Origin: Amphiscolops sp. MND2022
Lineage: Eukaryota
Assembly: GCA_964187785.1 (NCBI GenBank)
Contig: OZ076409.1
Location: forward strand, 41,728,001 to 41,792,000
DNA length: 64,000 nt
Direction: 5' to 3'
Below, piece by piece: positions 25,947-38,966 of the stretch. The translations under genes and the position numbers were made by a program. Within the stretch, counting starts at the first letter, position 1, and each line of letters begins with the position of its first letter. A model generated the notes under the pieces. It saw only the letters and a program-made list of their open reading frames with translations. It was not told where the DNA came from and made no database searches.

Positions 25947-26128
25947 GATAGGGTCATAAAGCATTTATTGTTTCGGGGCTAGGTCACTCTTCGGGACAAC
26001 TTCTCAGAAGAAAATTCTTTTCTCCAATTCGGCGGGGATAGGGTCATAAAGCATTTATTGTTTCGGGGCTAGGTCACTCTTCGAGACAAGTTCTCAGAAG
26101 AAAATTCATTTCTCCGATTCTGCGGGGG
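25947..26128. repeat. Tandem duplication, 2 x 90 bp
   Basis: GATAGGGTCATAAAGCATTTATTG... starts at 25947 and 26037 with few mismatches. Confidence 0.9.
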
Positions 26129-26606
26129 ACGCCGAATAAGTGGTTCTGAATTTGGTCGGTGCCCTTTCGTATATAAACCAAGTTGTCAATCAATGGTCGG
26201 CTTGAGCATGGGGAGCATGGCGTAATGGGGAGCATGGCCTATATGGGGAGCATGGCGTACATGGGGAGCATGGCGTAGTGGTTAGAGCATTTGAATTTTT
26301 TGGGCTGGTATCAGGTTCGAATCTCTCTCAACTCACCATTGTTGGTCCTTAAGCAAGTCCTTCATCCCTAGCTTAGTGGTATGGTTATTGACAAAAAATA
26401 ACGCATTGGCGGATAAAAGCAAAACAAAAAGAGCAACGGTGAGCAGTCAGACCTTTGTGACCTTGAGCAAGTCACTTTGAAACCACAGCTTCAAGTCCAC
26501 CACTATTTGACCACTTGGCTGCAAATATGGTACCATAGCTTGCTATGGGGAGATAGTATCCGAACGGGCGCCGACTTTGAAAAGCAGAACTGCTTATTCG
26601 GCGTCC
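26127..26606. mobile_element. MITE with imperfect ~40-bp TIRs hosting a SINE
   Basis: Perfect core GGACGCCGAATAAG (26127-26140) / CTTATTCGGCGTCC (26593-26606), extending imperfectly inward. Confidence 0.6.
26263..26431 (+). mobile_element. tRNA-derived SINE
   Basis: A box TGGCGTAGTGG (26271-26281), B box GGTTCGAATC (26314-26323), GTCCTTAAGCAAGTC central motif, A-rich tail; no intact cloverleaf. Confidence 0.7.
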
Positions 26607-28237
26607 ACCCCGCGGTAATGGGGAAATTAACTTCTCTCTTTTCTCTTGAAGTTGTGGTTTCAAAGTGACTTGCTCAGGGTTGCTCAAGGTTTCTTTTCGA
26701 TGGACACCTTGAAAAGTTTGCTTCTCTATCCATACGCTTTCAAACTTTTCCTGATTGAATTTAAGATTTCCGTCATTTGCGTCATATGAATTTTTTTTTA
26801 AAAAATCAAAAATGCAGTTCAAATTTCCAGTAATTTCAATTGGAAGTCTTTTGATTTTCATTGGGTTATAGCGATAACATCCAAAAAATAATCATTTCAA
26901 ACTCTTCTACCGTAATTTTTGGATCGTTTCCCGGAAAAACGTCTATGAAATTATTAAATTATTTTGTATGCAAAAATTTGGAAAATCATGTATCAAGATG
27001 GAAATTAATTTCAGTTCCCAATTTACTTTATGGAATCTCTGAATATTTTTATTTACTAAACGTTTTGAGAGGTTTTAAGGCATGTCTCTATTATAAAAAA
27101 GAATCAAACTTATAATTTAGAAACATGGTAGAAAACTGTGAGAATTGCTGCTTTTCCAATCACCTTGGTGTTGAAAAAGAGTTTTTTGTTTTTGCAGAGA
27201 CCTTGTACCAAAAATTGTTTTCTAAATGCTTTCCATTTTATAAAAACATGCCATTTGTGAACAATTTCTGAAGTCTACGATAACAAGATTCGCAGTGGCA
27301 CTGCGGGTTTTTCGTATTTCTGCTAATGTTTTTGAAAAAAAAAAACAGACACCTTCCAGCCGCAATTGTTTGATAAAAAAGCAGCGGATTGGTTCGAATT
27401 TGAGAAGTCTCTACTGATCTGACAACTAGTTCATACGCTTATGCAGAGTTCCAAACAAAAATTACAAAACATCATTTCCCTCGCCGTCGTCCTCGCAATA
27501 TCAATTTCTTTCACATACTTCAATTCCAACTACCGCTTTCAATTCACTTGTTTAATTTCTCCCTTCAAAACAAGACTGCTGAAATAACTTTAATTCACTT
27601 CGTAAATTTTAACCTGAGAAATCTGTACGAGTCTGAAAACTAGTTCATGCACTTATTTAGATTTCCAAAAAGAAAATTCAAAAAATATATAAATCCCCTG
27701 CCTTCGTCCTCACAATATAGCTCAGAAATAACGTTGCAAGTACGGATGCAGGGCATTTATATGTGCTTTGACAGAAAACGGTGAATTATTATTCGACACT
27801 GATTGCACTTTAGATCTTGGGTAAACTGGGAAATTGGACTTCTCTCGAGCTTGAAACATCTAAAAACCCACCATGGTGAAAAGTTTTTTGATTTTATGAA
27901 AATACGCATTGTGCCAAAAACACAAAGGGGACCCTTCCGGCTGGGAAAATGCAAAATCCTAACTGAAAAGAAACAAACATGAGACCCCCAAATGAATACG
28001 TGGAAAATTGCGAAACGTAGAATTTGCACCAACCTTTTGATCGGATAATTTTTTCGACGAATTTAAGAAGTGAACGAATTCGTGGAAACTTGACCACTCC
28101 GGGATTCACTTTGAAGCTTGATCAACTCAAAAAATGCATGTTTTGCCAACTTGAAACTTGAAAAAAATCGTGAAAGTTTTTTAAATGAATTTTCCAGACC
28201 AAAATTGCAATTTAAAAGTTCTAAAAACTAAAATCAA

Positions 28238-29226
28238 AACAAGACAGGAACGTCTAAAGTTGGTGCTATAACTAAGGAACAAAAGTCGCCCAGATTCCAA
28301 AATCTGCCCAGGTAATTTTTATGGAAAACTCACAAAAAAGTTTTGAAACATCCAAAGGGTGCCTTTCGTGCTTGGAAAACACTTCAGAATTTCGGATATA
28401 GTGTGCTGAGACAAATGCGAGCGCTTTTTTGATCATATGCCTTCTCCTCAGTAAGACGCAAATTACCTCTGTTATAACGTCCAAAGTTCGAATATACCGT
28501 GCTGGGACAAATGGGAGCGCTTGTTTCCGAACCTCCGCCTCCTTCTAAGTAAAACGCAAAATAGTTTAGAAATGGCGTCAAAATTTCGCATAACGCAATC
28601 TTTTCAAACCTCCACCTCCGAAAATTGGATAGTATTGAAAAAATTATTGGTGGATATTCATTGAGAAAACAAATATCAGACAAATATGAACACAGTCTCA
28701 TAGTGCCAAAAATGCAAAGGGGCCTTTTGGGATTTTTCAGCATCCATTTGGTTGCTTAATATCAAAAAAATGGATGGGGACCCTTTGGAGACATTGAAAA
28801 AGTTTCGACAATGAACAAAAAATGAGAAGTTTGAACACTACCACAGTGCCGAAAAATGTGAAAAGGGGGCCCTTCGGCGTTTTTTTATCATTTATTCCGT
28901 TGCAAAATATCTGAAAAATTAAAAGGGGGACCTTTTGATGCAACCAAAAAATTTCGAAAAAGTCTCACAAAGCAAACAATCTTCTCACAATTCCGAAACA
29001 AAAGTTATCAACATCAAGATTTTTGTTTTGCACGAGGTTCTGACGTTTCGAGGATGGTTTGGATATCCGAAGTTCAAGTTAAACAAATGAAAAGCAAGTG
29101 GACCTTACGTTTCTAAAAGAAACTAAGCACTGTAAGAGTCGGGCACTTTTCCTGAAAAGCGCCGACCAAAAATTAGTAACTGTAATAGTCGGCTTTTTTC
29201 CTTAAGGGAAAAGGTGTCGACTAAAA
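28238..29226 (-). mobile_element. HINE-like family A copy
   Basis: AACAAGACAGGAACGTCTAAAGTTGGTGC at left; GCGCCGACCAAAA / GTGTCGACTAAAA at right; GGGACCC...GTGCCGAAAAA units. Confidence 0.55.
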
Positions 29227-32200
29227 ATGAAGGCGAGGTCCTTCCCAAAAACGAGAGAGTGAAAGAGTAACTTCTTCGAAAAAATCCCCCAGTGCCAAAA
29301 AATCCGGAGGTCTTTTCAAACACTTCAAAGACAAACTAAACATCTATTTGTTTTTTATCCGCTTGTGTGGATACCAAAACCTAACCAATCAAGTTCTCTT
29401 ATAATTTTGCGCCAAGTCGCCAAAAATGTGAAAGTTCAGAAAATTTTGCCTTTTCGGCAACTTTTCGGTCATTTGAGGAATTTTTCTACAGAAACTGAAG
29501 ATATTTTTCTGAGAACGCCTATTGTATACCTGGTCCAGTGGTTCTTGAATCACAAAATTGCTCGAAAGTAGTTTTTAAGTAGATAAACATTTCAAAAACA
29601 TTTGATTTCTCAATTACGTTAAGTTCTTTACGAACTTTTTACTTTGGAAACTGTAATTATCTTCTTTTTAAACATTCTGCATGTCTAATAAAAAACTTTA
29701 GAATTTTCGAAGTTTATGAATTTCTGGTAACGTTTATTAAAATCTAACTAAACGTGTTATAAAAAACTTCAGAAATGTTTTGTTGTTTCGACTCATTTGG
29801 GTCATTCTGAGATAATATTCTACCTAGAAAACTACAAGGCTTCAAAATGCCTACGGCATACCTTGGTAAGTTGTCTGGATCTTTGCGACCATCTAGTTTA
29901 CAAAAAAGTTCACAAACAATCACTAAAACTGTCAAAAGAAGGAATCACAAACGTTTGATTTTTTACACATTTTTTTTCATTTTGAGACATTTTCCAAACG
30001 CCAATCAGCTTATACCTCCCACAAAAGCCGATCGGATATCAAACCATTCTTTTATTTTAACACTCGAAACGTTGGAAAAGTTCAGAGTTTGCACTAAAAC
30101 GTTTGAAAATTCAAATCTACATTCCGACTCAGTTGTGCTGTTTTGAAGTATTTCATGTAAAACACCGTGATTTCCTCATCAGAAAGGGACAATACATACC
30201 TATTTTTCGCCTTTGAAGTATGTAAAACACTGTAATTTTCTCATCAAAAATGGACTCTTTAAACCTGATATTTTGGCTTTTGATTCTTCTGAACCTTCTA
30301 ACTCCCAAAGGTTCTCAACATTTGTACTCAAAAACATGAAGAAGCTACATAAACTTGACGTTTTTGGATTTTTCGATGAACTTTTTTGTCATATTGATTT
30401 ATCAGAAACCGGCCTTTATCCGTTCAAGATGTCTACTACTGGACAACGCTTCCAGTTGTTGATGAATAGTTTCAGAGTTCTAACCCATGAAAACGTTAAA
30501 AAAATTACAAAAATTGCGTTGGGAAATCAAAAATTGTAAAAAAATGCTTTGACTATTTTGGGTCAAGGTGACACTTTCTTCTTAGAAAACTGCATTTATC
30601 TCCTCGAACAACCCTATTGAACAACAAAATCATTCGTTGTTGAACGTTTTCAACGTTCTGATCCATGGAGTCTCTTGAAAATTTCACAAAAGTTCCATCA
30701 AAACTTGAAAAATTGGTACTTTTTGGAGTTTTTGTCGTTTTGTCGCAATCAGAGCCTTTTGTTTATACAAAAACTGCGTTTATGTCTTAATAGAGCCCCC
30801 CGGGACAACGACTTGTTTCATTGTTGAATGCTTTAAGGTTCTAAGCTACCAAGTCTTTCGAAAATAGACAAAAACAGCATGTAAACGTCAAAAATCTGAG
30901 TTCTTAGAATTTTTGTCAACTTCAGTTTCAATTTGAGGCATTTTCAATTTGAAAATTTGCCTTTTGATCTTCAAAAAAACCTCTCGTATAATGAACTTTT
31001 TCCATTTTGACGTTTCCAACATTCTAAGTCACGAAACCTATAAAAAATTTGAGAAATAATGCATAAAAACGTTAAAAGTTGGAAAATTTATTTCTATTAT
31101 CTTTATTTATTTGTTTTTCATTATCTTTGTGGTCTTTTTTAGTCATTAAAACAATTTTGTCAGTTTTGGTGGCAATTTGAGAAATTTGCATTTATAAAAC
31201 TACATTTATTTCTTTGAAAAGGTTTCCTCGAGAACTAATTCCTTTCTTGTTGAACGTGTCCAGATTTTAATTCACGAAGTTTATCAAAAATTTAGCAAAA
31301 AGTGCAGAAGTGCAAAAACGTGAAAAATATCCGTATATTTCTGGAATTTTTGTCAATTTCGGTCGCAATTTGAGAAATTCTTCTATTGAAAAACTACATT
31401 TATTTTTTCAAAAAGCTTTCTGGAAAGACTTTCCTTGTTGAACGATTTCAAGATTGTAGGCCATCAAGTGTGTAGAATATTAGACAAAAAAACTTTGATA
31501 TTGCGAAGTTTTGCTATTTTAGTCATTTTTGGGACATTCTTGAGTCTTTGGGGTCAACGAAAAAAATCCAAAAATCTCTACAAATACAAACCGCATGATG
31601 CTAATTTTGCGTCAGTTGAATTCTATAGGTGAAACCCTTTAGGTTGGATATAAATTTGGTTCTCGACCAATTTTGTAAAAAAAACGTTTGATTTGAATAT
31701 TTCAGTTTTCCATATGAAATATGGACGGAAAATATCAAAAAATTCAAGACACCAAAATTAGTCGAAGGAAATTCCATTTTGTTTTGGAAACACTTCTGAT
31801 TTAGGTCGCAGTGCCGAAGAACCCTAAGGGTATCAGCTCGCTCTTTTTCCTAGCTGAAACTTGGAGAGGTAGCCTTCGGTAGCAAAATGAAAACAAAAGT
31901 AGCACAGTTCCAAAATGAACCCAGGCGATAGACCCTTTTGTTTTCCATCTACCGCTACAAACATAAACACTTTGATGTATCGCGGTACTCGAACCCATAT
32001 ACCCCTGTTTTCCGGGGTCAAACACTAGGCAAACAAACCCTTGTTGTCTTCTGGGCCAAGTAAAAAGTACTTTCTAGCTGTTCAATATCATCTAGTAGGT
32101 AGTGGTAGAAACTGAAAATTACCGTGCTAAAACTAAAACTTTTCCTTTCTGGAGAAAACGAAGAAAATAGAAAGTTAAGCTGTCAGAACACTTTATTGCA

Positions 32201-33101
32201 CTTCTCCTGACGCTGCTGTAAGCAAGGTTACCCAAACAACACACTGAAGATGGCGCTAAGTTGTTATTGTTGAATAGACAGGTTGATTTGCAAAAAAATT
32301 AAATAACAACTGATTGCGATATATAAAAACAAAACATAATGGATTTTCCTTAATCTTTATCAGAACAAACAAAGAAACCTCCGTCTTTCATTCAACTAAA
32401 AGCTCCGACGAAAAACCTCATTAATCTATATTAAGACTAAAGAAACTTATCGTTTGTCGATAAAATGTAACAAAAGCTGTCAATCTTCAGAGTCTCATCA
32501 GAGAGTTTTTGAGATAATGAAAAAAATTCTTGGCAATCTACAAAAGTACGCAAAAATTTCAACCAATTTCAACTAGGTCTGTTTCTTCTCAGTCAATTGT
32601 ATAATTTCGCAGATGTTGCGAAATGCAGTCTTGAGTGTGTTTCAAAAAACGATGTTAGACAAACTTCATTGGTAAATGGAACAAGACTTCTGCTGACCCG
32701 ATACACTTCGAAACTTTTAATTTTTTTTACTTTTTTTGCTTCGTTTTAGACATCTCTATCAAAAGTATCCTAAACAACTAACGTTGAGTTCGTTGAAGGC
32801 TGTGGTTTTTCATTTTCACGAATACTTCAAAAGCTGCATTAAAAAAAGCAAAAGTTTCGAGCTAACTTTGGGGCTTCTTTTTACTTTGAAAAATTAAGTT
32901 TCTTCATTTGAAAAGTATATTTTATAGCTAATTGTTTGTTTTGGACCTCTGTCCAAATCACACAAACTATGAAATGTGCCGAAGTTGCTTAAAAAGTCCA
33001 CAAGCTTGAATGTTTTTGGCCTGGTACAAACATTAGCTACGAACACTTTTATGGTAGCTGAATTCTGTAGAAGATTCTCAATCATTTGGGTATAATATTG
33101 G

Positions 33102-33336
33102 TGTTACATTCGGGTTCATTCCGGTTCATGACCTTGCCGAGTTTCGGTTCCAAGAACTACAAACCATTTAGTTTATATGTCTAGAATACCTACTAGTGTT
33201 GACAAATACACATTACATCAATACTGAATTAGACATCTCATTTATACTATTTTGATATCTACAATCTAGACTTACAAAAGAGATTAACTTTTAGAAACCT
33301 TTCTTTTCTTAGAACCTAGTTTGTTAGAATAGAACA
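33102..33336 (+). repeat. 5' LTR (235 bp)
   Basis: TGTTACATTCGGG...AATAGAACA; differs from the 3' LTR by 3 transitions and 1 indel (counted by eye). Confidence 0.95.
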
Positions 33337-33346
33337 TGGCGCAGTC
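33337..33346 (+). promoter_or_regulatory. Primer binding site, probably tRNA-Ser
   Basis: TGGCGCAGTC directly after the 5' LTR, complementary to a ...GACUGCGCCA tRNA 3' end. Confidence 0.7.
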
Positions 33347-33391
33347 AGCGAATTTTTAAATAAACCGGATTCTTACCAACAAACTGAAATC

Positions 33392-36300
33392 ATGGCAGAA
33401 AAGAATATAGTACCGAACATTGAAACTAAAGCCACTGACGGGAATCCGGTATTCACACCGAGACAGTGGCTAGAAAGATTCAAACAATTTACCAAACGGG
33501 AACACAAGATTGATATCACGCCATTACTAAAAGGTGAAGACATAACCGATCCCAGTTGAGGCGCAAAAGAACAAGCAATATAAGAAGATTTTGTCTGGGG
33601 AGTGGGACCGGAAGTACTTTTCCAGATAACCCGAGCAGAATACAAGACAGACCCGGACAGTATAAAAATTAAAGATCTAATCCGGTTATAGACCGAATAT
33701 TACCTACCAAAACGGAACACTTACCACAACCGAGGAGATTTCTTCTGGGCGAAACAATCAGAAGAGGAAACACCGGAGGATTTTTGGAGACGACTAATCG
33801 AAATCGAATAAAGATTGCAATTTCGGTTCCACTTCGGCCGAAGAATTGCTAATCTCCAAATATATGACCGCAATAACAGACAAGAAATTACGGGATAAAA
33901 TAAGGAAAGAAAAAACACTGGAACTGAAGAAGATAAGGAACTAAAAAAGCAAAACACATACAAAAAGAAAAACAGAAAGAATACAAACCCGGAAGCATTG
34001 ATCTCATCAAAAGAGAAACAAATGATAAAAGAAGAACCGTTACAGAGAATGGAAAGATTCGGAACAAAACCGAAAAATAAACAATTCGGAAAACGACTAT
34101 GTAGATTTTGCAATGCACCAAACTGGTCACCGATACATAAATGCCCGGCGTTAGAAGCAAACTGCAACAAATGCGGAAAGAAAGGCCACTTTGCAAAAGC
34201 ATGCAGACAAAGAACATACAAAAACCGAACAGTGAAAAGACTAACCGAAGATGAAACTCAACAACCGAACGAATCAACCAGCGAATCAGAAGAGAGCATA
34301 CATCACATCAAAGAAATAAAAGCAATTGAAGAAAAGAACAAACACTACACGGCAACGATCAAAATAAATGGAGTGAAGAAAGGATTTATTATCGATACGG
34401 GGTCACCAATAACGATAATGCCACCAGACGAAAAAATCATGAAACATGCCGAAATTCAAAAAGTAACAAACCGATACCAAGATGTAAATAAAAACGATGT
34501 GAAGTTTCGGGGAAAAGTTCCGGTTAACATCGAAAACGAAAATAACAAACAGAAGATGGAAATTCTGATAACCAAAAGAACAGATATAACACCATTACTC
34601 GGAATGGATTGTATGAAAACTTTCAGATTACCCATCGGAAGAATACAATTGGCCAAAAACAACCAATCAGAAAAAGAGACTTATAAACAAATTCCCGGAC
34701 CTATTCGGAAACAACGAGACAATAAAAGATACCGAAATAAAAATACAACTAAAGCCCAGACATTTTCCGGTGAAACAAAAAACCCGACCGGTACCACTAC
34801 ACCTACAAGAAGACGTAGGAAGAGAACTAGAAAAACTAATCAAATCCGGACACTTGGAGAATATAAAAGACGTTGACGAAGATTGTTTTGTATCACCGGT
34901 AGTATTCACAGTAAAAAGTGACAAGTCAGTAAAAATAGCACTAGACTCCCGAAAACTAAACGATAGTTGCATCAAAATGAGACCACATATGCCAAACATG
35001 GAATAACTATTAAATCAAAGTTCGGTAGAGATAACACGCGACCGGACAATGCAACTATTTATGTCTAAAATAGACTTGGATTACGGTTACGGCCAAATGA
35101 GACTATCCGAAGAAACCAGCCAACAATGAGTACTCGCATAAACTGGGGGAAAATTTAGTGGCTATTATAGATATAAAAAAGGGTTCTACGGACTTGCCGA
35201 CATTCCCTCAATATTCCAAGAAAAAATTGTCCGAACACTCGGATACTGTACCCCAGCGTGGTTGGACGACATAATAATAGTAACACGCGGAAGCAAACAA
35301 GATCACGAAAGGAAACTATTTGACGTCCTAAACAAGATAGAAAAAGACGGTTACCGAGCTAGCAAGAAACAATCAGAATTCTTCATGAAACAAACAAAGT
35401 GGCTGGGCCACGAGATTGATGAAAACAGAATAAAACCGAACGAAGAAAAAGTTGAAGCCATACTAAAATTGAATCCACCGGAGAATATCAAAGAATTAAA
35501 ATCATTCCTTGGAGCAATACAATACATGGCCAAATTTCTACCGAAATTTTCGGAAAGAACAGACCGATTACGGAAACCCTTGAAAAAGAACGAACCATGG
35601 AATTGGGGAACCGAACAAAACGAAGATTTCGGAAAAAAAACAGATGCTAACCGAAGGCCCGTGTTTAGCACACTACGCAAAAGATAAAGATAATATAGTA
35701 ACGATCGATGCTAGCACAACCGGATTGGCAAAAACAAGATAACGGAAATACAATTCAATAGCTTACGGAAGTAGATATTTGAATGATACGGAAAAGAAAT
35801 ACTCCATCGGTGAATTAGAACTATTAGCAGTCGTGTGGGCATTAGAGAAATTCCGATTTTACCTTAACGGAAAAAAGATTCACTTATATACAGACCACCA
35901 AGCATTAGAACGTTTGATCAAAAGAAACTGGAGTAACAAACAATACAGCGCAAGACTAACGAGATGGTTAGACCGCCTAACACATTTTGACATATCAATA
36001 CAACAAATAGCCGGCAGTAATTTGAAATTTACCGATTATCTCAGCAGAAATCCGGTAGGGGGAGCTACACCGGAAGAAAATTACGATGAAGAATACGTAA
36101 TTATTATACTCACCGAACAAGCTGAACTGAACTTGAAATACGGACAACTATTCGAGGACCAATCAAAATGCAGCAAAGAAATCACCGAAAGAACAAAGAA
36201 TAACTCGGAACACAAAATTGAGCATAAAACCGACAAATCACAATTAAATAGAACATTCGAGAGCAAAAACCACGTGAACGAAACCGGACAAAACAAGAAA

Positions 36301-38540
36301 ACAACATCCGGGCAGTCCGATATTAGCACTCTGAAAGTTAGTCAAACATCAATCACTGAAAACTTTGACAATATGGATCGTGAAAACTTTTATCACTGGG
36401 GAGCCACCCGAGAGATTATGGACATCATTAGAAGAAGAAATAACAGTCCAGAGACAAGAAGAATTGTCGAACAACGCAATGCACTGTCCCGACCCGGCAC
36501 ATTGAGACGCCGGTATGACCATCAAACACAACGTACGGTTTTTGCTCCGACCCGGCCAAATAAACGTAGTAGAGAAGAGATTGCCGAAATCGATGCCGAA
36601 TTATTCCGGAGAGCGAACAGACTGGGGGTGGTTATCAACCGATAATCGAAGAACAAGAAAAACAACCGAACGAAGTACGGAAAGAAGGAGAACTCGAGAT
36701 GGAAAACGAAACTGAAGAGGACAGCACAATCATGCGGGGCGACATTTTACCGATTGTGGACTTTTCTAAATACAACATAGAAGGCAAAGAAGCAAAGTAT
36801 ATGCAGAAAAACCACATTGTTGGAAAATTAACCGCAAACAAAAAGGCCACCGAAGACCACATCAAAAAAGCTGAATTTTAGTTTATACTGGACCTGAAGA
36901 CGCTGATATCAAAAACAGCAATTGATCCGGAGCTGACCCGAGTAAGAACCAGCATGCGCCGAGAAGATAGAGAAACTAACCCGGACGGCTACCGTACGGT
37001 CTTCGAAAAATCATCGATCAGATGGGGCCTGATATTCGTGGACAACCAAATCGTCATACCCATCGATCTCAGACGACGACTGCTCGATATCCTTCATTTC
37101 GGTCATTCCGGCATCACAAAAATGACAACCGAAGTCAAAATTTTCTGGTGGCCGAACAAAAAACAGGACATCGGAACGAAAGTCAAGGATTGTACAGCAT
37201 GCCTAGCATCAGGTAAAAATCTTAACTATCCATTACCGAAAAAACATTACGGAAAATAATCAAAATTGTCCGAACCCGGACAAGAAATACAAATTGATTT
37301 TTCCCGAAAACTACACAAAAAAGTTAAGCGGAGAAACACAAATGCTAATCGCGATTTAGCAAGATTTAGCAAGTGGCCGACAGCGAAATTTGTAAAACTT
37401 CGGAAACAAAAGAAGTAAAAAACTTCCTATCTAGTAATTTTAACTTATACGGAATACCGGAAAAGATCAAATCGGACAAAGGGGGGGGGGCATTCATTTC
37501 AAAAGAATACCGACAAGTTGTTGTAAAAACCGAAATAGAATATTGTACACCCCGAATGCACACCGGAAACGGAGTAGTCGAGAGAGCAATCCAAACAATC
37601 AAAAACCTAATAATAGCAAACATGGAAGACGCACTATGCCTAACCGAAAGTGTAAATCGGGCACTACGGGTAATACGTTTTACAATACATACAATACTTA
37701 CGGGATTGAAAGTAACACCGTTTGAATTACACCACGGAAGAAAACCGAGAACCGAATTAACAAATTTTGTTAAAGACGGAAATACATACTTATCTAATTG
37801 GTCGGAAATGACTATTTCAGCTCCGGACAGACCGAAACTTCTAATCCATGTGGGTCGCGATGCGGAAGGTTGAATAACAACCACATCATAATGGCGAAGA
37901 CGAAGAACGAAGAAAAACAAGCGGGAGAAAACAAAAAGTCATCGAAAAAGAAAAATTCGATTAGATACCCTTTCTCATTCGTTGAAAAAAATTATAATAA
38001 AAGTCCCTAGAAGGGAAGAGGTTTCAAAACAAATACAAACCGCAATAAGCGGAACCGAAAACACCGTAAAAACGGATACCGGAAAAGTAATTCACCGAAA
38101 ATTTATTTCGGGACCATTATTTCAGACCGAGAAGAAAACACGAAGAGAGACGACACTAAATACCAACGGCGAAATAAACCCGAAAAATAGACACTGCCTA
38201 CGAGGCTTCGATGGCAAATACGGCAGATGGGACGAAATACTCCGTGATATACTAAATGGAAAAGATCGTCCAAAACTGGAAACAGACGGCAAGCGACACG
38301 GAAGAAGAAGATGATTATGAAGACGATGAAGAGATGCCGGAAGAAATCGGGACACCAACACCGAAGATATATGATACCTCAGAACGGGACGGACGGTATG
38401 CACCAATCCGGACTAACCCGGAAGAAGAAGATACACTACAACTGCATACCGACGGCGAGATATCGGGTGAGAGTGTGAAAACAAAAATAAGACGGTCTTT
38501 CCGAGATAGTAAAAAACCGAATAGATACGGTACCATACTA
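33392..38540 (+). pseudogene. gag-pol, disrupted by many stops and frameshifts
   Basis: Zn knuckles CRFC...HKCPA...CNKCGKKGHFAKAC; protease IDTGS; RT WLDD; RNase H (DAS, ELELLAV, TDHQAL, DYLSR); integrase H-FGH...CTAC, SDKG, GNGVVER. Confidence 0.92.
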
Positions 38541-38703
38541 TACACTGGACTGGAAATTTTTGGGGTTAAAAATAAAATGTTTAAAAAGAAATTGTACTTG
38601 TTACAGGAAACGTGTGGATCCGTCCAAAGGGAACACCACAACCCGAGAAAATCCAAAAGCCCGCAGAAGAAGAAACACCCCCTGGAACATCAAACCAGAA
38701 CTG

Positions 38704-38730
38704 AGAAGGAGGAGAGGAAAGAGGGGGAAA
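38704..38730 (+). promoter_or_regulatory. Polypurine tract
   Basis: AGAAGGAGGAGAGGAAAGAGGGGGAAA directly before the 3' LTR. Confidence 0.9.
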
Positions 38731-38966
38731 TGTTACATTCGGGTTCATTCCGGTTCATGATCTTGCCGAGTTTCGGTTCCAAGAACTACAAACCATTTAG
38801 TTTATATGTCTAGAATACCTACTAGTGTTGACAAATACACATTACATCAATACTAAATTAGATATCTTCATTTATACTATTTTGATATCTACAATCTAGA
38901 CTTACAAAAGAGATTAACTTTTAGAAACCTTTCTTTTCTTAGAACCTAGTTTGTTAGAATAGAACA
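38731..38966 (+). repeat. 3' LTR (236 bp)
   Basis: Direct repeat of 33102-33336. Confidence 0.95.

Larger units (their letters stand above)
24571..31734 (-). mobile_element. Family B HINE-like element or composite, with nested insertions
   Basis: Left end AACAAGATGCCCG...ATTTTCCGCC, right end ATATGGACGGAAAATA; degenerate tandem units at ~29.4-31.6 kb; the two ends may belong to different copies. Confidence 0.5.
33102..38966 (+). mobile_element. Full-length decayed Ty3/Gypsy LTR retrotransposon (Mag-like)
   Basis: Two TG...CA LTRs, 5-bp TSD ATTGG (33097-33101 / 38967-38971), PBS, PPT, order gag-PR-RT-RH-INT. Confidence 0.96.

Noticed and set aside
26208..26277. CRISPR-like repeat array
   Set aside because: Units are directly tandem with no unique spacers, there are no cas genes, and the context is eukaryotic
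26263..26335. Functional tRNA gene
   Set aside because: A and B boxes are present but the acceptor and anticodon stems do not pair, and it continues into a SINE-like body and A-rich tail
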